From: an uncultured Gammaproteobacteria bacterium
GTDB taxonomy: Bacteria > Pseudomonadota > Gammaproteobacteria > JACCXJ01
Assembly (NCBI GenBank): GCA_963764725.1
Contig: CAVXTM010000002.1
Span: 1-64,000, forward strand
Reading direction: 5' to 3'
DNA length: 64,000 nt
Part shown: one piece after another, positions 54,226 to 64,000 of the stretch
Layout: each line of letters starts with the position of its first letter
Numbering within the stretch: the first letter of the stretch is position 1
Notes under the pieces: model-generated
Told to the model about the DNA's origin: nothing
The model's input: the letters and a program-made list of their open reading frames with translations, nothing else
Database searches by the model: none
Translations under genes and position numbers: made by a program

Positions 54226-54325
54226 TCAACGCAGAATCTGGCTCGTTCTGCTGCGCAACAGCAGCCTGAGCCAACCGCCGACACCGGGCACCCACAATCC
54301 GAAACCTAATACGGAGGAGCAGAAC

Positions 54326-54559
54326 ATGAAAACATGGCGCGATTACATCACCAGTGACCCGAACGTGTGCCACGGGCAGATCTGTGCCAAGGGCACCCGG
54401 GTCATGGTCACCAATATCCTCGACAGCCTTGCGGAGGGTAGCGGTACGGAGGAAATCCTGAGGAGCTACCCATCTCTAAAGCCGGAGCATATTGAGGCCT
54501 TGGCCTACGCCGCCGATCTTGCGCGTGAGGAAAGCCTGCTGCCGGTATCGGGTCTGTGA
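54326..54559 (+). CDS. DUF433-family antitoxin
   Basis: ITSDPNVCHGQICAKGTRV, ILRSYPSL; RBS GGAGGAG. Confidence 0.88.
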   Translation: MKTWRDYITSDPNVCHGQICAKGTRVMVTNILDSLAEGSGTEEILRSYPSLKPEHIEALAYAADLAREESLLPVSGL

Positions 54560-54819
54560 AATTCAAGATTGACGAGAACCTGCCGGCGAAAATCGCGGAT
54601 GACCTGCGGGCGCTCGGTCATGAAGCAATGACGGTGGTCGATCAGGGCATGACGGGATTCGACGATGCGCGATTGATGGTGCGCGTGCAGGACGAGTCCC
54701 GTGACTGCTGGGGCTTCATGTCCAGGGGCGCCTGGCCGTGGTCAGCGACACGGCAATCCGGATCCGTTGAGAAGCGCCATGAGCGTGCATGTGACTCAGC
54801 ACCTCGGGACGGTCATTGA
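54556..54819 (+). pseudogene. DUF5615 PIN-like toxin, internally deleted or frameshifted
   Basis: MKFKIDENLP...LRALGHEA; similarity lost after ~50 aa. Confidence 0.7.
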
Positions 54820-54945
54820 GACTCTTGCTTGCGCGTTGGCAGGCGCGGCCCGGTACAACCTCAACGATGTGGTTCAACCGGCAGTCGCGCTATGGACCGA
54901 CCACGATGCGCAATGTTAGAACATCCCCGGGCATAGCACGCCTTG

Positions 54946-56799
54946 TCACCAAGTCATGAGGATCTCGCAGGTTTCGCGATCGCGCTCCACGCTGATTTTC
55001 AGCCCGCTGGATTTCGCTAGCCGGATCATTTTGTCGTTGTGGGCAAACACTTGAGCGCGGAGCCCGCGAAAGCCGAGCCCGCGTGCCTTGGCTATCAGCA
55101 GGGTTTGGAGCTCGCGGCCGAGACCCCCTCCCTGCCATTCGGGGTCGACCAGATAGCCCACCTCGGCCAGTCGCGTTGTCGCCTCACCGAACAAGCATGC
55201 GCTTGCGACGAGGCGCTCGGCCTCCCGCTCCCCGACGACGGCGACGAACACGGCATCGAGCCCCTGGCTGCCCGTGCAGAGCCGCACCGCCTCCTCAACG
55301 GATAGCGAGCGCAGGTAGCGGAAGAAGCGAAGATAGATATCCTCGCTGGAACAGCGGTGGAAGAGTCGTTGCAGCGAGGGCACGTCCGAGAGCCTCGCGG
55401 GACGTAGCGTCACCGGGGCGCCACCCTTCGATCGAGCCCGATGCTCGTGTTCGACCTCATACGCATCGCGGTTTACTCTCCGGTAGCTGGCCGCAACCAG
55501 CCCTTGCGCCCGGGCCTGGTCGAGCAGCCAGGGCCGGTGATCGGGGTGGGCGACCTCGATCAGGGCGAGCGCACGCTCCTCGATTGATTTCCCATGGAGA
55601 TAGGCGATGCCGAACTCGGTAACCACGAAGTGCACGTCCGAGCGCGGGATCGCCACCGCTTCACCGGCGCCGAGGGCCGGGCGCACGCTCGATGTGCCCG
55701 ACGTATCGGTCGCGTAGAGACAGAGGATCGGTTTTCCTGCAGGCGCCCGCGCGGCGGCCCGCATGAATTCCGGTTGGCTCCCGAGCCCGCCGAAGAGTGT
55801 CTCCCCGATCCGGTCGCAGCAGGCCTGGCCGGTCAGATCGATCGCCAACGCCTGCGTGATCGACACCATGCGCGGCCGCGCGCGAAGGCGCGTCTCGTCC
55901 GTCACGACCTCGATGGGCCAGAAGGTATATCGCGGGTTTCGATTCAGGCGCCGAAAGAGCTGCGCCGTTCCGGTGCAGAAGCTCGCCATCACGTCGGGAT
56001 CCGCGCCAGGCGAGGGCGCGCCGCTTGGGTCGGCGCGCACGGCTCCGGCCTCGACTAGAGCCGAGAGCTCTTCGGACAAGAGGTCGGTGAGGATCCGCAG
56101 ATCGCGCCGCTCGGTCAGGAATCGCAGCGCGCCGTTGGGAACGCGGCCGGGCCCGACCTGTAGGGTGGCCCCATCCTCGACGAGCCGCGAGACGTAACGG
56201 CCGATGCGTCCCGAGCGTGCATCGTCGCGCTGGTGCCGGAATTCGGGCAGGACGCGATCGGAAACGACGACGGCGGAGAACGCATCAGCGGGCCACAAGG
56301 TGTCGCCTGCCGTGATGGGCATTACCGGCACTTGCTCGGCGATCGCGAGCGGCACGCGCCGCAGCACCGCCGGGGTCATGCCGACGGCGGTGCCGAGGCT
56401 GACTCGTCCTTGCGGATCCGGCAAGCTGGTCGCCACCATCGCCGCATCGAACGCGAGGCGTCTGCTTGCGACGAGTGCACACGCTTCCGGAAGCGACAGT
56501 GGCACGTAGCTCACTGAATCCCCGACTGCCTCGCGCGCGAGCGGCTCGCCGAGGTAGAGCGGACGATGCTTGATCTGCGGGGCCCGCTTGATGAGCTCGG
56601 CCGCGCTGATTCCGTCGAGCAAAAAGTAGAACAGCTCGATGTCTGGGGTACCCCGGCGAGCCAGTGCAGCGAGCAACGCCACGGGCGTCCCACCCTTGGC
56701 GGCGACGTACACGCGCGATCCGGGCGCGATGCGCTCAACAGCCGCCTCGGCGCTAATCGGAGTCACGGCGTGATGAGGCTCGCGCGCGGGGCGCGGCAT
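54946..56799 (-). CDS. Acetyl-CoA hydrolase/transferase-family domain fused to GNAT
   Basis: DGATLQVG, IDLTGQ, GGLGSQPEF, VVTEFGIAYLHGKS; EDIYLRFF, WQGGGLG. Confidence 0.85.
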   Translation of the reverse strand: MPRPAREPHHAVTPISAEAAVERIAPGSRVYVAAKGGTPVALLAALARRGTPDIELFYFLLDGISAAELIKRAPQIKHRPLYLGEPLAREAVGDSVSYVPLSLPEACALVASRRLAFDAAMVATSLPDPQGRVSLGTAVGMTPAVLRRVPLAIAEQVPVMPITAGDTLWPADAFSAVVVSDRVLPEFRHQRDDARSGRIGRYVSRLVEDGATLQVGPGRVPNGALRFLTERRDLRILTDLLSEELSALVEAGAVRADPSGAPSPGADPDVMASFCTGTAQLFRRLNRNPRYTFWPIEVVTDETRLRARPRMVSITQALAIDLTGQACCDRIGETLFGGLGSQPEFMRAAARAPAGKPILCLYATDTSGTSSVRPALGAGEAVAIPRSDVHFVVTEFGIAYLHGKSIEERALALIEVAHPDHRPWLLDQARAQGLVAASYRRVNRDAYEVEHEHRARSKGGAPVTLRPARLSDVPSLQRLFHRCSSEDIYLRFFRYLRSLSVEEAVRLCTGSQGLDAVFVAVVGEREAERLVASACLFGEATTRLAEVGYLVDPEWQGGGLGRELQTLLIAKARGLGFRGLRAQVFAHNDKMIRLAKSSGLKISVERDRETCEILMTW

Positions 56800-56877
56800 G
56801 TCGTCATGCTCCCGTCACCAGCCACACCGAGAACAGGGCGTTGGGATGGAAGCATAGGCGCATCCGTGCCGAGCTCC

Positions 56878-57675
56878 CTAGGGGCTAGAGCCCGCCATGC
56901 GCTCCTCTGGTCTGACCTGCAGCAACAGATCAGGCCCGACCGACATCGCCCCGTTGAAGGGACCGCTGTGGGAGGCGATCAGCATCACGGAGACAGACAC
57001 CGCTGTCGCGAAGATCGCCATCGCAATAGCTGCAGTCACTCGGTTTTCACTGTGGACCATGGCGATCGCAAGCAAGGTGACGACGGCTTGCAGAAATAAG
57101 CATGTCCACTTGATCCCGTTGACCGATGATCGGCTGACGATAATGCGCTGCCGGCGCGCATCGAGGGCGTTTTGCAACGCGGCGACGATCCCTTGTTGCG
57201 CCACCACCTGGCCATCCCCTCGGGGGGTCAGAGCGAGGGTTAACTGCAACGCCTCGGCTAGGGGGGCCGGGATCGTCGTCAGCGTAGCGTGGTGCTGGGC
57301 CATGGTCGGCCATTCCCGCACGGCGACGTCTTCGATGTAGCGACGCAGCAGGGCGCGCATGCGCGTTTCGGGCTCTGCCGGGAAGCTCGCAACCAGGAGA
57401 ACCACGGCGCGCAGTGCGCTGGCCTCGTGGCTGACTGCGGCCTGGGCCCGGTCATAATCGCTCCAGACCTGGGCGGCGAGAAACCCCGCGAGCAGGCCGA
57501 AGATGATGCCGAGCGGAGGCAGCATGCCGGGCGATACGGCTTTGAACGCGCGCCCCAGGTCGCCCCTCGCGAGGGCTATTACGACCCAGTAGATGCCTCC
57601 GGCGACTAGGTAGGTAGCCGCAAAAACCACGAGCGCCGTTCCTGTTATCGGAAGGTTCTCCAGCCAGTCGCTCAT
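56878..57675 (-). CDS. DUF4239 (bestrophin-like) membrane protein (start may be further upstream)
   Basis: GIIFGLLAGF...VW...EASAL, EWP, PFNG. Confidence 0.75.
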   Translation of the reverse strand: MSDWLENLPITGTALVVFAATYLVAGGIYWVVIALARGDLGRAFKAVSPGMLPPLGIIFGLLAGFLAAQVWSDYDRAQAAVSHEASALRAVVLLVASFPAEPETRMRALLRRYIEDVAVREWPTMAQHHATLTTIPAPLAEALQLTLALTPRGDGQVVAQQGIVAALQNALDARRQRIIVSRSSVNGIKWTCLFLQAVVTLLAIAMVHSENRVTAAIAMAIFATAVSVSVMLIASHSGPFNGAMSVGPDLLLQVRPEERMAGSSP

Positions 57676-58130
57676 GTCCTTCTCCATCTCCACCATCGCC
57701 GGCAGACTTTTCGCAATAACCGAAGCTCGCTCAAGCAGAAACATGCTACTCCGGGCTTAACCGGGAAGTAGAATCCCTACGCATGGGATCTGCCGAACTG
57801 CACAGAATAGCCCAAACCGGTGGAAAACACAGCAATAAGGTGCCCGGTGAAATTACCGGGCTGTCGGGTGACTGGGTTCGCCAAGTACCGGGGCATTATG
57901 GTGCCTTAAGTGAGTGCAGGCCAAGGGGGATAGTCGACTCACGGAGATGGAGCGGATTGGAGGGGGTAGCGGTCAGCGATCAGGCCGTCTAAGTGGTTAC
58001 TGTCGATGCGTTGATATGATATGCTACGGCCCTAGCTGCCTATATAGATGGATTCGGTTGGCGAAAGCAGATCTTCGTATGGTGGTTAGTGTAGTCGTTC
58101 AGCGAAAAACTACTCCAAGGGAGAAATATC

Positions 58131-58661
58131 ATGGCTACGAACTATAGCGAAGACGAAGTAAATCTGCTTGCCGCTTTTCCCCAGATGATCGGTGCAGCGA
58201 TGGCATTTTCGGGCAGTAGCGGGCTATTCGGGACAGGCAAGGAAATGTTTGTAAGTGCCCAATCGGTCTTAGCGGGAGTCAAGGACTATCCGAATAATGG
58301 CCTCATTCAGGCCGTGTTGCCGAACCTGCAAGGGGATCGGAGTGATGCCATGGAAAAGATGAAGAAATTTAGAGACTGGGCGATGGCGCGGATGAAGGAA
58401 AAGGGGATAAATTCATACGAGAAAATGCGCCAGCAAGCCTTGGAAGACAGCCGCGCGGTGGTAAATCTGCTCTCAACAAAGTCATCGAGCCAGGAAGCAA
58501 CGGAATACAAGCAGTGGGCCATGTCGGTTGCAGAGAAGGTTGCTATGGCAACCACCGAAGGGAGCTTTCTTGGTTTTGGCGGCGAGAGGCTGAGCGCCAA
58601 CGAAAAGCAGCTTTTGGGCGAGATTCAGAGCGCCCTCGGAGTTCAGAGCACATTGGCCTAA
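58131..58661 (+). CDS. Hypothetical helical protein
   Basis: RBS GGGAG; YKQW...AEKVA.A..EGSFLGFGGERLSANE. Confidence 0.8.
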   Translation: MATNYSEDEVNLLAAFPQMIGAAMAFSGSSGLFGTGKEMFVSAQSVLAGVKDYPNNGLIQAVLPNLQGDRSDAMEKMKKFRDWAMARMKEKGINSYEKMRQQALEDSRAVVNLLSTKSSSQEATEYKQWAMSVAEKVAMATTEGSFLGFGGERLSANEKQLLGEIQSALGVQSTLA

Positions 58662-58758
58662 AACAGGCGGCTGTCGAGCGGCCGCAAGTCTGCCCCTCTT
58701 GCTAGCCCTAACAGTCCTTGCCCGTATCTAAGCCGATTCTGCTCCGGAGTCGTTAACT

Positions 58759-58863
58759 ATGGACAAGATGACCAGACTAAATATGATACGCGCTATTATT
58801 GGTCTGCTGCTGCTGGCGGCATTTCTGTGGCTGGCTTTTAGGCCAGTAGCCGGATTCGGGTAA
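58759..58863 (+). CDS. Putative 34-aa single-TM peptide
   Basis: RBS GGAG; MDKMTRLNMIRAIIGLLLLAAFLWLAFRPVAGFG. Confidence 0.4.
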   Translation: MDKMTRLNMIRAIIGLLLLAAFLWLAFRPVAGFG

Positions 58864-59140
58864 AGGTTGCAGCGCTCAAGACCCAAAGGGGCGACCAGCG
58901 CGTAGCCTGGGTTGAGCGCAGCGGGTGAGGCGGGATCCGCGTAATGCGCGTCGCGGACGTATCTGGGTTGAGGCTTTTTTTTGAAAGACGGGCCTCTGGC
59001 CTTAAAGAGAAAAAGGCCAGGCAGCTAGAAAACGGCCGCTACTTAACGGTCAAGTCTCCCATCTTGCGCTCCATCCCTTTGATCACACGAATGCAAGATG
59101 GGAGACCCGACTATTCTGTGTTCACTGAGGAGACTGCGCC

Positions 59141-59377
59141 ATGGATCCCAAACAAAGCCAGTTACCACTTTGGGTAAATCCCTGCGTGATCGGCGGCGCC
59201 GTATCTTTATTGGCGGCGTACTTGGGGTTTTGGGACTATATACAACCGACCGAGAGCGGCGATCTTTGCATAGATACCGAAGAGGGGGCAGCCGATCTAG
59301 AAATCGCGGGCCTTGCACTCATTGGCGGACTCGTGACTTTGTATGGTCACTTTCGACACTCGGTGATCCCCAAGTGA
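59141..59377 (+). CDS. Small hypothetical 2-TM protein
   Basis: RBS GAGGAG; two hydrophobic segments. Confidence 0.5.
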   Translation: MDPKQSQLPLWVNPCVIGGAVSLLAAYLGFWDYIQPTESGDLCIDTEEGAADLEIAGLALIGGLVTLYGHFRHSVIPK

Positions 59378-59546
59378 TCCCAACGCCGTTTCCCCACTCT
59401 AGCGGCACCCGGCTCCGGGCGCGGCTAGCCTGCTCTGCGGCGTAAACGCGCAATAGCCCCGGCGGGTACGGACTTGCTCGCCCGTCCGCTTCAAATTATC
59501 CTGGCGCAACGTGCTGCCACGAATCCGTAGTTTGTGCCCATAGCCT

Positions 59547-60926
59547 ATGAACCTCAGTATCGTCGTCTTGGCAGCCGGCCAAGGGAAACGGATGTATTCC
59601 GATGTCCCTAAGGTATTGCACGCCCTCGCCGGTAAGCCGCTCCTCGAACATGTCTGGCGCGCGGCGGCACGGCTGAGCGCCGAGCGGATTTACGTCGTCT
59701 ACGGTCACGGCGGCGAGAGCGTGTGCGAAGCACTGCGGCATCTCGATGTCACCTGGATCGAACAGACCCGGCAACTCGGCACCGGTCATGCGGTCGCGCA
59801 GGCCCTGCCATCCATCGATTCCCGCAACGGCGTTCTGATCCTCTATGGGGATGTGCCCTTGATTACCTCGGCGACCTTGCAACGCCTGAAGGATGCCCTC
59901 GCGGGGGGGGGGATCGGGTTACTCACCGTGGATCTGAATGATCCCGCCGGATACGGCCGCATCGTGCGTGATTGTAGCGGAGCGGTGGTGCGGATCGTCG
60001 AGCACAAGGATGCGACTCCCGAGGAACGGGCGATCCGCGAGGTCAATACGGGCATGATGGCGATCCCCGCGGCGCATTTGCTCCGATGGATAGAGCGGCT
60101 CGATGACCGCAACGCCCAGCGCGAGCACTACTTGACCGATATCATCGGCATGGCGGTGGGAGAGGGGATCCCGATTAAAACCGTGGCGGCGGGCTCGGTC
60201 TATGAGGTCATGGGAATCAACGATCGCGAGCAGCTGGCCGACCTCGAGCGCCATTACCAACGTCTTCAAGCACAGCACCTGATGCGCTCTGGAGTTACCT
60301 TGCGGGATCCCGCCCGCTTCGATCTGCGCGGGGAGATCGAATTCGGGAGGGACGTCGTGATCGATGTCAACGTCATCCTCGAAGGACGCATTAAATTAGG
60401 CGATCGGGTTCATATTGGGCCCAACTCCTACCTGCGCGACGCCGATCTCGGGGACGACGTGGTCGTGTTGCCTAACTGTGTGCTTGAAGAGTGTGCGATC
60501 GGTAAGGGCGCGCGCATTGGACCGTTCTCCAGGATCCGGCCCGAGACCCGTCTGGCCGACCATGTCCACGTGGGTAACTTCGTCGAGATCAAGAAATCGA
60601 CAGTCGCAGCCGGTTCCAAGGTCAATCATCTCAGTTACGTTGGGGATACCGAGGTCGGCCGTGACGTCAACGTCGGCGCAGGGACCATCACCTGTAACTA
60701 CGACGGAGCCAACAAACACAAGACCGTCATCGGCGATGGTGTGTTTATCGGCTCAGACACGCTGCTCGTCGCGCCGGTTCGCGTGGGTGATGGCGCCACG
60801 ATCGGCGCGGGAACGACGCTCACCCAAGACGCGCCGCCCGGCGCCTTAACATTGGGCCGGGTGCGCCAGATAACCGTTGAGGGCTGGACCCGCCCTCAGA
60901 AGAGAAAGACCGGTGAACGAAAGTAG
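59547..60926 (+). CDS. glmU: Bifunctional UDP-GlcNAc pyrophosphorylase/acetyltransferase
   Basis: LAAGQGKRM, LYGDVP, GNFVEIKK, TCNYDGANKH. Confidence 0.97.
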   Translation: MNLSIVVLAAGQGKRMYSDVPKVLHALAGKPLLEHVWRAAARLSAERIYVVYGHGGESVCEALRHLDVTWIEQTRQLGTGHAVAQALPSIDSRNGVLILYGDVPLITSATLQRLKDALAGGGIGLLTVDLNDPAGYGRIVRDCSGAVVRIVEHKDATPEERAIREVNTGMMAIPAAHLLRWIERLDDRNAQREHYLTDIIGMAVGEGIPIKTVAAGSVYEVMGINDREQLADLERHYQRLQAQHLMRSGVTLRDPARFDLRGEIEFGRDVVIDVNVILEGRIKLGDRVHIGPNSYLRDADLGDDVVVLPNCVLEECAIGKGARIGPFSRIRPETRLADHVHVGNFVEIKKSTVAAGSKVNHLSYVGDTEVGRDVNVGAGTITCNYDGANKHKTVIGDGVFIGSDTLLVAPVRVGDGATIGAGTTLTQDAPPGALTLGRVRQITVEGWTRPQKRKTGERK

Positions 60927-61749
60927 CCGACGCTTGCGGATCGCTTACTATCAATTCCGGCCCCTCTTTGGTCAGACTGAGAACAACCTGCAAAAGGTTT
61001 TAAGTGCGCTCGGTCAAACCGCGGCGGATCTGATCGTATTACCGGAACTGCCGTTCACCGGCTATTACTTCAAGGACCGTGCAGAAGCCTTGGCGCGGGC
61101 CGAAGATCCGGCACGCTCGGCGACTGTCGAGGCGCTAATAGCACTGTGCCGGCGCCGTGATTTCCATCTGGTCACCGGATTTTGCGAGCGCCGGAATGAC
61201 AAGGTCTACAACAGCGCCCTGTTGCTAGGTCCCGCGGGAGTGGCGCACGTATACCGGAAGCTGCATCTCTTTAATGAGGAAAAGCGTTATTTCGATGCCG
61301 GCGATCTTCCGCTTGCGGTGCATGAGGTGTGCGGCGTTAAGCTTGGGCTCATGGTTTGTTTCGACTGGGCTTTTCCCGAGGTCGCGCGCGTCCTCGCCAT
61401 CCAGGGGGCGGACATCCTCTGCCATCCCGCCAACCTGGTGTTGGCCTATTGCCAGCAAGCGATGGCTATCCGCTGCCTCGAGAACCGGGTATTCGCGGTT
61501 ACGGCGAACCGTTTTGGTAACGACCACAGGCCGCACGGCCGGCTGCGGTTCACCGGCAAGAGTCAGATCGTGGCTCCGAGCGGCCGGGTCCTACACCGCG
61601 CCCGCGCCCAGCGCGAGGAGCTTGGTATCGTCGAGATCGATCTCTGCGAGGCGCGCGATAAAAGCATCACGCCTCTGAATGACGTCATCGCCGATCGGCG
61701 GCCTGATTACTACGAGCTCTTGAGCAAGGAAGGGCACGCTCATTCGTGA
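60913..61749 (+). CDS. Carbon-nitrogen hydrolase (nitrilase superfamily)
   Basis: Triad LPEL / YRKLHL / VCFDW. Confidence 0.9.
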   Translation: MNESSRRLRIAYYQFRPLFGQTENNLQKVLSALGQTAADLIVLPELPFTGYYFKDRAEALARAEDPARSATVEALIALCRRRDFHLVTGFCERRNDKVYNSALLLGPAGVAHVYRKLHLFNEEKRYFDAGDLPLAVHEVCGVKLGLMVCFDWAFPEVARVLAIQGADILCHPANLVLAYCQQAMAIRCLENRVFAVTANRFGNDHRPHGRLRFTGKSQIVAPSGRVLHRARAQREELGIVEIDLCEARDKSITPLNDVIADRRPDYYELLSKEGHAHS

Positions 61750-62099
61750 AATCTAAACCTACCGCTAGACTGCTCTGAGTGGCAGCTACGGCCGCGTTTT
61801 AACGGCCACTCCCCGACGACACGAGCCACGGGGCTCACCACGAAGGCGATCTTCGACTGCGCGGTGGCCCTTCGCGCTCAAACCTGGCTTAACGCACCCG
61901 CTTCGCGCGGCCGGCCACGTCCTAAAACAGCGTCGATGCGGACCTTATCGGGGTTAGCGATGCGAGTAACGGTCTGGGCACGGCGCCCGTTCGGCAGCCA
62001 ACCCTTGAGACACGCTGTACCCCTCCTTGCCCCGGTGGTAACATGGTCAGCTCTCGGCACCATCAAGCACATGAGAACCAACTAGAGGAGGGCTTCCGC

Positions 62100-62525
62100 A
62101 TGAACTGGAAAGAACAGCTCGACAAGGCGATCGACACGCTGAAACAGGTGGCCGAAAGCGATACGGTAAAGGGCCTCACGGCCAAGGCGAAGGAGACCGC
62201 CAGCAAGCTCGCCCAGCGAGCGAGGAGCGGGGCCCTGGGTGCCGCGGAGGCCTTCATCGAGGCCAATTCCGATCCGTCGGCACTTAAGGTCCGCTATCTC
62301 AACGCGGACATCAGCGTGCTATCGCCGTCCGATGGCATCGAGGTGAGCCGCCCGAGCCCGGGCAGCGTGGTCATCTCCGACGGCGCCGGCAATGGGATCG
62401 TCATCAACGCGGCGGCAGACAAGGCCTCCGTCTCCGAGCGGATCGGGACCGTTGCGCAACTCGGGTCCAACAGTTACGACCTCGGCGTCGAAGACGGCGT
62501 CAACGTCGTCGTATTGAAGGACTGA
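62100..62525 (+). CDS. Hypothetical protein
   Basis: RBS GAGGAGG; GC3-biased ORF. Confidence 0.7.
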   Translation: MNWKEQLDKAIDTLKQVAESDTVKGLTAKAKETASKLAQRARSGALGAAEAFIEANSDPSALKVRYLNADISVLSPSDGIEVSRPSPGSVVISDGAGNGIVINAAADKASVSERIGTVAQLGSNSYDLGVEDGVNVVVLKD

Positions 62526-62897
62526 AACCCAGCTCGCCGACGGGGCGTCAGGTGGTGAGCACCGCTCAATATGGGGGAAGCCCAAGACCAGGCCCCGTCA
62601 AGCGCGAGCACCAGCACCCCGGGCACGTCACGGCCGACAGGGATTCGCGCACACGCCAGCAGCAGCGCAAGAAGGAGCGGTGCCTCACCCTGGCTCCGGC
62701 TCGTTGGTGACGACGCGGTTGCGCCCCGCTCCCCTTCGCCTTGTCAATAGGTTCTGGTCGGCAGCCTTGATGAGCGCGGCGTTCGAGCCGCGGCCAGCGG
62801 AATCGCCAGCCCGGTGCATACATTCAATGGAGCGCCGCCGCGCTAGCCGGAGCCAACTCGAGGTGTCACCGGTGTTGACCGGCGGGTTATTCGCGGG

Positions 62898-64000
62898 TTA
62901 TTTCACCCGCATTCCCGGTTGCGCCCCCTCGTCGGGATTTAGGAGGAAAATGTCTTTTCCGCCCGCGCCGGCCGCGAGCACCATGCCCTCGGAAACCCCG
63001 AAACGCATCTTGCGCGGCGCGAGATTGGCAACGACCACGGTGAGCCGACCGACCAATTGCTCGGGGGCGTAGGCCGACTTGATTCCGGCGAATACCGTGC
63101 GTTGCGAGCCGCCGAGATCGACCGTGAGTTTGAGAAGCTTGTCGGCGCCCTCGACGGGCTCGGCGCTGACGATGCGGGCGATGCGCAGATCGATCTTGCC
63201 GAAGTCTTCGATGCTACTGGGACTTGGATCGGTTTCTTGTCCCGCAGTCTGCTGCTGATGCTCACCATGCCGCGTTTGCGAATGGCTTTGAGGACCCGGT
63301 TGTAGGCTTGCCTTGTTTGCGTCGATGAGCGTTGCTACCTGATTCGTATCCGCTCTGGTCATGAGATGCTCGTACTGGCCGATTTGGTGTCCGGCCGGCA
63401 AAAAATGTTCTAGATCCGCAAAACTCAGCTCTTCCGATAAGCCCATGAATTTCTCGGCCTGGGTGGCCAAGCGCGGGAGAATAGGTTTTAAGTACAGTGT
63501 GAGTAGGCGAAAAGTTTCGATCGCTACAGAGCAGACGCGATGAAGATATTGCGGATCCGTTGCATGCTTAGGCGAGTTGAAGTTTTTCGAGAGTTCCCAC
63601 GGTTCCTGTTTAGTCCACCACTCGTTAAATTCATCCGCGAGTCGCATGACGATCCGCGTGACAGCGCCGAGCTTGCGTTCCTCGTAGAACGTATTGATGG
63701 TGCTTGAATATTTAACGGTGTTTTCTATAACCTCGTCCCGGTATGGTCTCGATGTCCGAACGATCTTGCTGTCATCTAGCTCGTCGCTTCGCACCACGCC
63801 TAGGGCCGTCTCCGCAATACGGCCACCGAAATGCTTACGCAATAATCCTGCTGCTCTACTGGGTATGTTTACAAATTTACCAACTAGATCGCTGTTTACC
63901 CTCGCGACAAAATCATCGAGATTGAGATCAATATCCTCCATCGTATCGTTGAGCTTCGTCGCGTAGTAGTAGCGTAGCCATTCAGGGTTCAGACCCGAGT
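62898..64000 (-). CDS. metG: Methionine-tRNA ligase, 3' part (5' end outside window)
   Basis: [36 protein letters not shown]; tRNA-binding domain GADKLL...[15 protein letters not shown]. Confidence 0.95.
   Translation of the reverse strand, partial: SGLNPEWLRYYYATKLNDTMEDIDLNLDDFVARVNSDLVGKFVNIPSRAAGLLRKHFGGRIAETALGVVRSDELDDSKIVRTSRPYRDEVIENTVKYSSTINTFYEERKLGAVTRIVMRLADEFNEWWTKQEPWELSKNFNSPKHATDPQYLHRVCSVAIETFRLLTLYLKPILPRLATQAEKFMGLSEELSFADLEHFLPAGHQIGQYEHLMTRADTNQVATLIDANKASLQPGPQSHSQTRHGEHQQQTAGQETDPSPSSIEDFGKIDLRIARIVSAEPVEGADKLLKLTVDLGGSQRTVFAGIKSAYAPEQLVGRLTVVVANLAPRKMRFGVSEGMVLAAGAGGKDIFLLNPDEGAQPGMRVK

Noticed and set aside
58655-58760. attC site after the 58131 ORF
   Set aside because: CCCTAAC and GTTAAC are present but I found no convincing paired L boxes
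62341-62353. 13-bp match to the 15-bp cassette repeat (another partial match near 23346)
   Set aside because: Shorter, inside coding sequence, and expected by chance in GC-rich DNA

Overview
Chromosomal window from a GC-rich proteobacterium, probably Gammaproteobacteria given the parA-parB-atpIBEFHAGDC...glmU order. It opens with the 3' end of tRNA-Arg(CCG), followed by a ~43 kb mosaic accessory region, then the core parAB-atp block, a ~7 kb toxin-antitoxin-rich insert between atpC and glmU, and the 3' part of metG. The accessory region holds: (i) a MASE1/NarL-type two-component system, with an identical 18-bp box and a fixed 22-bp spacing to a -10-like hexamer recurring four times in front of envelope and copper-redox genes; (ii) a vWA-PGBD-TerC-CBS fusion; (iii) a high-GC actinobacterial-type bfaAB-like pair; (iv) degP, an IS5-family element, ada, a TonB receptor with BlaI/M56 regulators and an Atm1-like ABC transporter; (v) a two-gene cassette (TIR protein plus multi-TM protein with a degenerate restriction-endonuclease-like domain) bracketed by an exact 15-bp direct repeat. 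The TIR cassette is the best candidate for an undescribed system. Many accessory genes are frameshifted or fragmentary, while core genes are intact. All calls come from reading motifs by eye; no searches were run.
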